A DNA stretch of 64,000 nucleotides, from positions 1,184,001 through 1,248,000 of the forward strand of contig CP067995.1 of assembly GCA_045159875.1 (NCBI GenBank), given 5' to 3'. The position numbers and the translations under genes were made by a program. Shown here in pieces: positions 43,771 to 54,162 of this stretch. The stretch is from a cyanobacterium endosymbiont of Rhopalodia gibba. GTDB lineage: Bacteria > Cyanobacteriota > Cyanobacteriia > Cyanobacteriales > Microcystaceae. The first letter of the stretch is position 1. Every line of letters begins with the position of its first letter. Under the pieces are notes generated by a model. The model saw nothing but the letters and a program-made list of their open reading frames with translations, was not told where the DNA came from and did no database searches.

Positions 43771-45296
43771 TAGGTAGTTAGCCAAATAGTATTTGTCTGG
43801 AGCAGTACACAAAGTCTGTAAAATATCTGGTAAATGTATAAATAATTTATATTTTTAAAAGTTAAATAAAGGTTAATGCTACTCCGAAAATTAAAAATAA
43901 TTGTCAGCAATTAATTGCTCTATTAGAATAATTTATCTTTCATTAAAATTTTGAAATCTGTCTAAGCTTTTTTTATTATGAATGTATATATTTGCTCTTC
44001 TTATTAAGAAGAATAAATATATAAGCTGGCTATTTTATTTGTTTAGCTTTACTGTTAAATATACCAATAAATTACTGACTGTATAAATCTGTAAAATTTT
44101 AAAAAATTGAGGCAATTTATCTTATAAATACAGGTTATAATACACAAGCTGCGGCTGAGATATCAGGATTTTTTTTCTTATATAAGTCAACTTAGCATCC
44201 TTTTTTACTAGGCAAACAATACCAGGGATATATACCAATACATTATCTTTTTTGAGTAGCTTACTATTATTTTTTCAATTTCTTAGGACAGTTAAACTGC
44301 TCCATAAATATAAATAGGAGTTAATCTCATAGACTAGGAGCAATTATATATGCTCGTAATTGTTGATAAACTTTTTTATTAAAAATGCTAATTATATGGC
44401 ATCCTTAGTATTTATATATTCTTTTGAAGACAAATATATAAATAGTTATTCAATTAACTACTTTAGTTTACTTAATTATTGAAGATAAATATTTTAGTTC
44501 CAAGTTTTTACATACAACTTGTATTTTTTTCTTTATTTCTACTTTGTTGAGAAAAACAAGAATAGCTATTTTACTATCAATATATATATTGGCTAGTTTA
44601 AATTTAAAACTAATTTTTAACTTTGTTAAATAATATTGATTTTTGTGTTTATTTATTTTTTTAAAAAATCTCGCTATTTCTTAATCCCCTATTTTTCAAA
44701 TATTTAGTCCTAAGTATAATTCGATAGTTTTTATCACTACTATTATTAATTTATATTGATACTGCAATATATTACCAGCCAATTTAACTTTTTTAGTCTT
44801 CGTTATTTATTTTTGATTATCTTCAGTATTAATAGCCTAAATATGTTTAATTTTTTTTTATTTGTTTAAATTCAACTAAAAATAACGGCTAACTAGATAC
44901 TATAATTTGATTGATTTATATATTTTAAATATATTTTTTTTGAAGTTTTGCAAGATATTTCATGCTCTCATTGATAGATTTTTTTGTTGTACTAATTATT
45001 AGGTTTTTTAAACTAAAAAAATCATAGTTCAAACTAAAAAATATTAGAAGTATCCCGATTATTATCTGATTTTAATATGAATAGATGACAGAGCCGTCTT
45101 ACTAAAAAAGCAACAAAACTCTAATTTTTAGTCAGGAAGGTTACATGGCTGGCATATTTTTAATCCTCAAGGAGAATTTCCTATTTTTTCAAAATATCTT
45201 AGCTAGCTGCTATAGTAAGGAAAACTTTAATAAACTATAGTAAAGTTAAGAGTTTTACCCATAAAATCCCACTTTTAGTGAGAAATCTTTGAGTTA

Positions 45297-45746
45297 CTAT
45301 CGAAATGATAAATTTGCTATCTCTACCCAAAAAGATTTAATTCCTGTAATCAGTTTAAAAAGGTCTTTAAAATTTCTAGATTTTGTTACCTAATAGTTAG
45401 GATGACGTTCGTGACTGTAAAAAGTGTCTACCTCATTACCATAAGTACTTAAGACTTCCACTAGAATGGGTTTTAAATATTGATTTTGATTTCTGCTAGG
45501 ATTTCTCAACTATCTTCTTGTGAAAAATCAAGGTCTAAGATAATCGAGTCAGGATGGAGAGCCGAGAGCCTAAGTAAACTCTCCTTGTTATCCTAAATAG
45601 GATATTGCATCTGTGCAATCACTCACGACGATTAACTTGTGAAAAGCTAGCACAGGTTTTCACACTTCTTGGCTCAAATAAACATTAGTTTTACTATCCT
45701 TAACCAATAGAATAATCTTATTGGATTCGCATTCTCCTGCGATCAC
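45297..45746 (-). pseudogene. rcp1: phytochrome-coupled response regulator Rcp1 remnant
   Basis: NKIILLVKDSKTNVYLSQEV*...QGEFT*..HPDSIILDLDF...EILAEIK...TKSRNFKDLFKLITGIKSFWVE. Confidence 0.85.
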
Positions 45747-45749
45747 ACT

Positions 45750-46620
45750 TACTTTCTCCTACAGGTCTAGTGAAATAGAATGTTGATTCCTGTCTTAATT
45801 CTGCTTATACCTAAAAATGTCCCCGATGACATTCCAAAATCTTTTTACAAATTGCCAGTCTTATTTCTCTTCCTGGATATTTACCATGGATATATTTTTG
45901 TTAGAAAATATATCCATGATACTGAAATTAATGTAATGCTAATTTAAATATCTCTTGTCAAGATAACCTAATAATACTCTAATTTTTGGCTAAGATTATA
46001 AATCTTCGTAGTTTTCTCGCTAAAGAACTTAAAAGCGTTACTGATTAAATTGAGAAATAGTTGTATTAACTGGGTATGATCAGCCATAGCTGTCAGTAAG
46101 AAATCATCGGGAATAATAATCTCTGTTTGATGAATGCCTCCCCTTAGGTTAGCAATTATCGGTTCTAAAGAGATTGCTGCTTCAGTAAATTCAAATTTAA
46201 CTACCCGTATATGATCATATATCTACCTTAAAATAAGTTAAAACATCATCAATAAACTTTTGCCTCAAGCTAACTTCCTCCATCGCAAAGGGAATAAAGT
46301 CCCTTGTATCTTCATTTAAAGCGTCTATCTAAAGCATTTTCAATAACTGAACATAATTAAAGATTTGGTTGAGAAATTTTCTCAAGTTGTGGGGGGAACG
46401 TAAGAAAATTTTCTGAGTTTTGCGTCAGAGCATTCCAAATCTCGGGCTAACTCATCAGCTTAACGTAGAATAATGCTGGCAATCGCCTTTGATTTCAACA
46501 GTCTTCCAAAGTCAAGATTTTAATCGAGGAGTTTTCTTCTCCAATTTAAATTATTTTCGGAGAGATGAATTTAAAGTTATTTTGTAAAATTTAGCTTGAT
46601 ATACATGAGGAGGATAGCCT
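45750..46620 (-). pseudogene. cph1: cyanobacterial phytochrome Cph1 remnant (kinase module; photosensory core deleted)
   Basis: RLKS*LWKTVEIK, IILR*ADELARDLECSDAKLRKFSYV, NYVQLL, DALNEDTRDFI, IDDVLTY, MADHTQLIQLFLNLISNAFKF, YPG, LAICKKILECHRG; directly upstream of rcp1. Confidence 0.85.
45885..45918. repeat. inverted repeat (14-bp arms) inside the cph1 pseudogene
   Basis: CATGGATATATTTT-tgttag-AAAATATATCCATG. Confidence 0.9.
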
Positions 46621-46927
46621 CTATGTTACCTTTTGAATCACTCATGAAGTAGATCAACTATTTGATTATAGTCATATATATTACACATTAATGCATGGCT
46701 TTAAAACAGTTGACAAGTAAGATTTTATTATACAACAATACAGAATTTATTTAAAATTTTTCTGGCGATACCCACTTTTTTAAGTATTGCTACTTTTAAT
46801 AGAAATAGAACCATAAAGTCTAGCTACTGCAGGAAATGTCATATTAATGACAATTAAATACTTTATATAAAAAAAATAAATTTTTAGGTTGGATTAATTA
46901 GACAACGTCTCATAATAGATCGTAATA

Positions 46928-46975
46928 ATTTATAGAATAACTAACTGTAAACCTGTAGCTAGTTATTCTATAAAT
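46928..46975. repeat. inverted repeat, 16-bp perfect arms
   Basis: ATTTATAGAATAACTA-actgtaaacctgtagc-TAGTTATTCTATAAAT. Confidence 0.9.
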
Positions 46976-47707
46976 AAATATATTTATGTAATCTTTTGTT
47001 GCTTTTCCAAATTAAAGTTTCAATTTTCTTAAGTTTGTGTTCAGTTCATTACCTTAATCTAACTCACCCTACAGACGATCATACTTTTATCTGATACCTA
47101 AAACTTTATCGTAGTCAGCATAAGATATGACTCAAAACTAAATATTTTTCTTTCCATTGGCTCTTATTACATAAATAGCTACAAATAAACCTTTAAAAGG
47201 CAAATCATATTGTATCTTTATATTTAGGTAGCTAAAGTAAAATTCATATTGCTTTTATTGATTTTTTAGAATATTGTTTTTGATAAAAAATTTGTTTAAT
47301 AAACTTATCTTAATTATATTAATCTTTAAAAATTACTCTGACGATTTCATGAGGTTCTATTTAAGGCTATTTACCTTCTATTATATTAGATTTAGTTTTG
47401 TACTATAAGTTAATGAAAAATATAGATATAATATTTTTTATTTTCATTATTTCAGTTTTACGTTAATTTAACTACTCGTAATACACTTAATTATTTTCAA
47501 TAAAAGTTAACCTTTTTTTTTCTTTATATACTTATTTATTTAAAGTATTTTATTTTTTTAAGCTCTTTTTCTTTAGGAGATAGACCAATTCTTATACTCA
47601 CTTTGATTCGTTGTCATTTCTAGCTATTTACAAAAATATTACCGTTTCTAGCTGGAGAGCATCTGACTCCCCTATCTTTTTTTAAAAATTGCTGGTTATC
47701 ATCAATA

Positions 47708-47743
47708 ATTCAATCTTTTTAAGAGCTCTTAAAAAGATTGAAT
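47708..47743. repeat. perfect 36-bp palindrome, no loop
   Basis: ATTCAATCTTTTTAAGAG|CTCTTAAAAAGATTGAAT. Confidence 0.95.
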
Positions 47744-48292
47744 ATATTCTTTATTCCAAATTTTTTTTCCACTTCTTAGAAAATTTTCTTACTTTTCTAT
47801 TCCTTAAATAACCTCTCTAAAAATTGTTTTTTAAATTGTATTTTTTTAAAATTTAACCTAATCTTAAAGTTGTTAAACTTTTCACCATCTTATTTTCAAG
47901 AAAATATTTCCGCTTTTGTTCTCATTCTAGATGAGATTTTTAGAGCACGAGTAAAAATTAATAATGCTTACTCTTCTAATCTTTTTGAAAGACGACCTAT
48001 GGACTTATTGGCTCAAAAATTTCAGAAAATCGTTAAAATTTACCTTAAAATGAATGCATTTATTGAGATTTTATTACTTGACTTAGTTAAAACAAAGAGA
48101 AAAAAGATTGAAATGGTCTTAAAAAGTAGAAGACTGGCAATTCATTTCATTTTTTGAAAAAAAGTAGAAATAATTATTGTTTTTACTTTTTTTTAGAGTG
48201 CCTCATTTTTAACTTCGATAGTTTTAGATCACTTACTGAATAGCATTGTAGTTTATCATCTATTTATAGTTCATAGAACTTTATTTATTTTT

Positions 48293-49630
48293 ATGACCGT
48301 TGCCTTATCCAGATTCACTCAGATCAAAGACACTTTTCTTAATACGCTTTTGTTAGGTAATAAATCCACCCCCGAACTCTGGGGAATTTTAACCGTTTAT
48401 TTCGTACAAGGAATCTTGGGTTTAGCCCGTTTAGCAGTTAGTTTTTTCCTCAAAGAGGATTTAGGACTAAATCCCGCCCAAATGAGCGCATTAACTGGGA
48501 TTGCTGCCTTACCTTGGGTAATTAAACCTATTTTTGGGTTCATGTCCGACAGCTTACCTATCTTTGGTTATCGTCGTCGTCCCTATTTAATTCTATCGGG
48601 GTTACTAGGTAGCATCGTCTGGATAATGTTAGGAACTATTGTTGATGCTCTTTGGTCTGCCACTGTCAGTTTACTACTAATCTCCTTATCTGTCGCCATT
48701 AGTGATGTTATTGTAGATTCTTTAGTAGTAGAGAGGGCAAGAAAAGAATCTTTAGAAAAAGCAGGTTCTTTGCAATCTTTAACCTGGGGAACTTCTACAT
48801 TAGGGGGATTAATTACTGCTTATCTAAGTGGTTGGTTGTTACAACGTCTGAGTAATCAAACAATTTTTGTTATTACTGCTGTCTTTCCCTTAATTGTTAC
48901 AATGGTTGCTGGGTTAATTACTGAAAACCCGGTTAATCAAAATTATGCTAATAAAACAGGTTCTAAAAAGTTTCCAATTAGGCAACACTCACAAGAACTC
49001 TGGAAAGCTTTCAAACAAAAATCTATCTTATTCCCCGTTATCTTTGTTTTTATTTGGCAAGCCACGCCTAATGCTGATTCAGCATTCTTTTTCTTCACCA
49101 CCAATGAATTAGGATTTGGCCCCGAATTTTTAGGATTAGTTCGCCTAGTTACCAGTGTAGCTGCTCTAGTCGGAATTGGACTTTATCAAAAATTCCTGAA
49201 AACCGTTCCCTTTCGGCGTATTTTAGGTTGGAGTATTGTTATTTCCTCAGGCTTGGGGATGACGATGTTACTGTTAGTAACTCATACTAATCGAGTGATA
49301 GGAATTAGTGATCGTTGGTTTAGTTTAGGAGATAGTTTAATCCTCACAGTCATGGGAGAAATTACTTTTATGCCTATCCTTGTTTTGTCTGCTCGTTTGT
49401 GTCCTAAAGGTATTGAAGCTACTCTATTTGCTCTACTCATGTCTATTCTAAACTTATCAGGGTTAATATCCCATGAATTAGGGGCATTATTAACTCAATG
49501 GTTAAGGATAACACAAACGAACTTTGATAGCCTCTGGATATTAGTTATTATCACCAATCTTTCGACCCTTTTACCACTTCCTTTTTTAGGTTTGTTACCA
49601 GCTACTGATCCTCAAACAGAGAAACTATAA
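48293..49630 (+). CDS. folate-biopterin transporter (FBT/BT1 family MFS)
   Basis: YFVQGILGLARLAVSFFLK, LPWVIKP, GYRRRPY, DVIVDSLVVE, WQATP, LCPKGIEATLFALLMS. Confidence 0.9.
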   Translation: MTVALSRFTQIKDTFLNTLLLGNKSTPELWGILTVYFVQGILGLARLAVSFFLKEDLGLNPAQMSALTGIAALPWVIKPIFGFMSDSLPIFGYRRRPYLILSGLLGSIVWIMLGTIVDALWSATVSLLLISLSVAISDVIVDSLVVERARKESLEKAGSLQSLTWGTSTLGGLITAYLSGWLLQRLSNQTIFVITAVFPLIVTMVAGLITENPVNQNYANKTGSKKFPIRQHSQELWKAFKQKSILFPVIFVFIWQATPNADSAFFFFTTNELGFGPEFLGLVRLVTSVAALVGIGLYQKFLKTVPFRRILGWSIVISSGLGMTMLLLVTHTNRVIGISDRWFSLGDSLILTVMGEITFMPILVLSARLCPKGIEATLFALLMSILNLSGLISHELGALLTQWLRITQTNFDSLWILVIITNLSTLLPLPFLGLLPATDPQTEKL

Positions 49631-50951
49631 ATTAATATTTAAATTCAGAGATTTTAGGATATTAGGATTTAAGATTTTCCACTAGAGACTAAATAATTCC
49701 TAATATTACCAAAATTTACTGCTAAGCATACTTAAAAATAATTTTTAATAAAATTAAATAGCTATGACTATTTTATTGATTTAAATAAGTTATAAAAATA
49801 CTGATATTCTAAATAATTAGAAGCAAGACTATCGATTTTAATCTAATGAATAGGACTCTCATATTGAAGATTTTCAAAGATAAACTATATTTTAATTGCC
49901 AGCAACTCTTTTTTTTAAAGGTCCTAAACTATTAAATTTAATTGTTATAAAGATGAAGTTATTTCTGTTATTAATTTTACTTAATGTATAGACTTATTTG
50001 TATAACTGCTTTATTTATAGTGAAAGCTTTTTGTTTAAAAAAAGATTATAAAAAAATTGATTGAGAAGTATTTAGAAGTTAAAAACTAAGGGAATGCTTA
50101 AATAATACTTTCGACAACAAAATGGAGAAGATTACTAATGTCGACGTAATTCACTGGGGACAAACTACTTGCCCTTTGGGTTTAATTATCTAAATACAAT
50201 TTTATAACCTGAGAAATCAATTACTGCCAATCCTTAGGTTGATCTCTATTGCGAATTAGATAATGACAAATATTGTTTAGTAATTTTTTTTATTAAACTA
50301 GGACTATTGAGGAGAATTACAGTTTATAAATTTAGTTCTCAAAGGCAGTTGCTATGCTATCATCCCCGTAGTGTTATATAGATTTGTTTGTCATACTCTT
50401 CATCCTTTTGAAGTTAAAAAATAAATCTATGCTTTATTAAATCCGTCATTGAAATTTAACGCTAGCTCTAAATCAATTAGAGCAGTTTATCATTAATTTA
50501 GAAGACGATTTTAATTAATTTGACAGTAATTTATATATTTATTAATCGAAGACCTGTGTGACACAGGTAAAAGACACTGAAAGCTTGATTTTATTACTCT
50601 TATAAACTGTTTATAAAACAAATTATTAGAGAAATGTTTGTATATTACGCTGCGCCAATACACAACAAAAATGTTGTAGCATCCTGAGGTAGATAAAAAA
50701 GGGATAAACTACCTAAAAAATTGTAGTTTTCCCCATTTACTTTCCCCGAAGTTTTATTTGGTAACAGTTTCTTGGCTTTCAAGTCGTTCTACTGAAACTT
50801 ATTTAATTGTTCATACAATTTATATGTACGGTTAAGACCAACTTTTAATCAGATTTTGTCCCTGGTATCGGGAGATCCAATTTAAATTTGACCCAGATAT
50901 TTATTAATCGTCTTTCCCCATTATTCTATCTAAATTGATAATGGGGATAAG

Positions 50952-51743
50952 TCACATCCCCATTATTTCATAACCAGCATCTACGTAAAGTACTTGTCCT
51001 GTAATGCCACTGGCGAGATTACTACATAAGAAAGCTGCTGCATTACCTACTTCTAACTGGGTGACGGTTCGCTTAAGGGGAGCAACTTTTTCCACGTGGT
51101 GAATCATATCGAGAATACCTCCTACTGCCGATGAAGCTAAAGTACGAATAGGACCTGCGGAAATGGCGTTAATGCGAATGTTACTAGAGCCCAATTCAGA
51201 CGCCAAATAACGCACACTCATTTCTAAACCGGCTTTAGCCACTCCCATTAAATTGTAATTAGGAATCACCTTGGCCCCACCTATATAGGTGAGGGTGACA
51301 ATACTTCCTCCATCGATCATTAAGGGCTTGGCATATTTAACCATGTTGGCTAAAGAAAAGGTACTAATTTCTAAAGATTTAGAAAAGGCTTCACGGGATA
51401 CCCCACTAAAATCTCCTGTTAATCCTTCTTTATCTGCAAAGGCCAGACAATGGATAAGAATATCGAGTTTATCCCAAGTATCCGCCACGGTTTGAAAAGT
51501 TGCCTTCACTTGAGATTCATTTTGAACATCACAGGCGACAAAAATCGACGGATTTAGGGGTTTTACGACATCCCGAACTTTTTTTTCAAAACGACCCCTT
51601 TCGTCCGGCAAAAAGGTAACACCAAGATTTGCCCCAGCTTTATGGATTTGTTGGGCAATACCCCAAGCAATAGAGCGACTATTAGCAATTCCTGTTACTA
51701 GCGCGGTTTTTCCGGTGAGATCTAACATAATTATTATCAACAA
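50952..51743 (-). CDS. fabI: enoyl-ACP reductase
   Basis: GIANSRSIAWGIA, YNLMGVAKAGLE, NAISAGPIRTLA; divergent from ntcA as in other cyanobacteria. Confidence 0.96.
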   Translation of the reverse strand: MLIIIMLDLTGKTALVTGIANSRSIAWGIAQQIHKAGANLGVTFLPDERGRFEKKVRDVVKPLNPSIFVACDVQNESQVKATFQTVADTWDKLDILIHCLAFADKEGLTGDFSGVSREAFSKSLEISTFSLANMVKYAKPLMIDGGSIVTLTYIGGAKVIPNYNLMGVAKAGLEMSVRYLASELGSSNIRINAISAGPIRTLASSAVGGILDMIHHVEKVAPLKRTVTQLEVGNAAAFLCSNLASGITGQVLYVDAGYEIMGM

Positions 51744-51956
51744 TTGTGCAATTTTTAGCGAATGAAGTCTTCCACTGTTTAAGATGGGTAAGTATAATCT
51801 TCACAGAACTGGGAACTTCTCATCCCAATAGAAACATTGTGAAGCAAAACGTAGCAAAAACCTCTGAAGATAGATTAAAGTATTGTGTCTATACTGAAGT
51901 TAACAATCACCTGTCTATTTAATAGAGTCTATACTTACCGCCCTTAATATCAAAGT

Positions 51957-52637
51957 GTGATGGAAGCATCCTTGTCTCAAGATAAACCTCTAGCAGCCGT
52001 TTTTCGCCGTATTGGTGGCGGTGCCTATCCCCCTTTCGTTGAAGCCTTTGAACGGGGTAAAACAATTTTTTTTCCAGGTGATCCAGCCGAAAGAGTCTAC
52101 TTTTTATTGAAAGGAGCAGTTAAACTTTCCCGTGTTTATGAGGCTGGGGAAGAAATTACTGTAGCTTTGTTGCGCGAGAATAGTGTCTTTGGGGTTTTGT
52201 CCTTAATTACAGGGCAACGCTCAGATCGCTTTTATCATGCAGTTGCCTTTACTCGTGTAGAATTGTTGTCTGCTCCAATCGAGCAAGTAGAGCAATCTCT
52301 CAAAAGAGAGCCTGATTTATCTATTTTGATGCTTCAAGGATTATCTTCACGGATTTTACAAACAGAAATGATGATCGAAACCTTGGCACACCGTGATATG
52401 GGTTCACGTCTTGTCAGTTTTTTGTTGATCTTATGTCGTGATTTTGGGGTTCCTACTTCTGAGGGAATTCGTATTGATTTAAAGTTATCCCATCAGGCGA
52501 TCGCTGAAGCTATTGGTTCAACCCGTGTTACTGTTACTCGTCTTTTGGGAGATTTACGTCAAGAAGAGATGATTTCTATCTATAAGAAAAAAATTACTGT
52601 TCATAACCCTGTCGCCCTTAGTCAACAATTTACCTAA
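51957..52637 (+). CDS. ntcA: global nitrogen regulator (CRP family)
   Basis: [68 protein letters not shown]. Confidence 0.98.
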   Translation: MMEASLSQDKPLAAVFRRIGGGAYPPFVEAFERGKTIFFPGDPAERVYFLLKGAVKLSRVYEAGEEITVALLRENSVFGVLSLITGQRSDRFYHAVAFTRVELLSAPIEQVEQSLKREPDLSILMLQGLSSRILQTEMMIETLAHRDMGSRLVSFLLILCRDFGVPTSEGIRIDLKLSHQAIAEAIGSTRVTVTRLLGDLRQEEMISIYKKKITVHNPVALSQQFT

Positions 52638-52662
52638 CCCATTAAATCATCCTTGACCACCA

Positions 52663-54123
52663 ATGACCAGTGCTTATATCTTAATTGCAGCGATTCTCAT
52701 CCTCGGAGGCTTAATCGCTGCCTTGGGCGATCGCTTAGGCACTAAAGTAGGTAAAGCTCGACTCCGTTTATGGAATCTCCGTCCGAAGGATACGGCCATT
52801 GTCGTAACAGTACTAACCGGAACCCTGATTGCAGGCTCTACTCTAGGTATTTTATTTACTTTTAGTAAGTCATTGCGCGAAGGGCTATTCCGTCTCGATG
52901 AAATCCTCGAACAGTTACGAACCGCTCAGGCTGATTTAGAAAAGGTTTCTCGAGAAAAACAAGACGTAGCCCAAGAATTCCGAACTGCTCAAGAATTACA
53001 AAATCTCGCCCAACGACGTCTTAAGTCCATCAATGAGAATTTCGAAGATGCTAAAGCTCAACTGAAATCGGTTTCCGATCAAGCGACAAAATTAAAAAAA
53101 GATATTCAAACCCTTCTTAAGGAACGCAAGGAACTTTTAGAGAGTAAAACTAGGCTTGATAAACAAATTACCCAACTTCATGAACAGGTTCGCGCTAGAG
53201 ATGAAGAACTCAAAAAAGGTCAGGAAAAAATTGCAGTTCAAAATCGGATTCTTCAACAAAGACAAACTCATTTGCAAGAACTTGAAACTCGTTTACAATC
53301 TCTGGAAAAGCAGCAAAATCAATTACAAACTGAAATAGAACAACGAGATAGTAGAATTGCCGAACTTGATAAAGCGATTAATCAAAAAGATTTTGCCTTG
53401 AAAAATAGAGAATCCCAACTAAATAAGTTAGAATCTCATCTTAAAACAGCAGTTCAAGTTTTAGAGCAATACTATCAAACATATCAAGAATTACGGGAAC
53501 GCCAAATTGCTATTGTTCGAGGTCAAGTGTTAGCTCTAGGAGCCGTTCGAATTGTCTCTCCTAATGCGGTTCTTCAAGTGGTGGATGAACTACTCAGACG
53601 TGCTAATGAATCGGCTATTGAGGCAGTTGGCAGTAATGATGTCAAACCATCAGAACGGGTGGTAAAAATCACTAAAGCTCAAGTACAACAATTAACGCAA
53701 CAACTCAAAGAAGATCAAAATTTTGTGGTAAGAATTATTTCGGCTGGTAATTATGTCGAAGGAGAAAAAGAGGTGAGAGTCTTTGCTGATATTGTAGTTA
53801 ATCAAAAGATTTTTAATCAAGAAGAAACGATTGCTAGGGTTTCTATTGATACCTCTGATATTACTGAAGAAAATATTCAACAACGTATTGATATCCTATT
53901 GGCAGCAACTCAATTTCGTGCACGTCGTGCTGGCGTAGTAGGTAATATTCAAGTTGAAGATGGACGGTTAAAAACTATTGTTAATTTCATTGAAGAAATC
54001 AGTACTAGGGAGGAAGGATTAGATGAAATTAAAGCGATTGCGGCAGAAGAAACCTATACTATTGGACCTCTTAAAATTCGCTTAATTGGGACTAAAGACG
54101 GTGAGATTCTTTTGGGTACTTGA
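52663..54123 (+). CDS. DUF3084 membrane-anchored coiled-coil protein
   Basis: GGLIAALGDRLGTKVGKARL..LRP motif, long coiled coil; usual neighbour of ntcA. Confidence 0.85.
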   Translation: MTSAYILIAAILILGGLIAALGDRLGTKVGKARLRLWNLRPKDTAIVVTVLTGTLIAGSTLGILFTFSKSLREGLFRLDEILEQLRTAQADLEKVSREKQDVAQEFRTAQELQNLAQRRLKSINENFEDAKAQLKSVSDQATKLKKDIQTLLKERKELLESKTRLDKQITQLHEQVRARDEELKKGQEKIAVQNRILQQRQTHLQELETRLQSLEKQQNQLQTEIEQRDSRIAELDKAINQKDFALKNRESQLNKLESHLKTAVQVLEQYYQTYQELRERQIAIVRGQVLALGAVRIVSPNAVLQVVDELLRRANESAIEAVGSNDVKPSERVVKITKAQVQQLTQQLKEDQNFVVRIISAGNYVEGEKEVRVFADIVVNQKIFNQEETIARVSIDTSDITEENIQQRIDILLAATQFRARRAGVVGNIQVEDGRLKTIVNFIEEISTREEGLDEIKAIAAEETYTIGPLKIRLIGTKDGEILLGT

Positions 54124-54162
54124 ATAGTTGATGCTTAATAGTTACTATTTGATGGTTAATAT

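Noticed and set aside
47870..48157. 95-aa ORF upstream of the folate transporter
   Set aside because: TTG start, AT-driven composition, no motif; the opposite strand has only a faint transposase-like look.
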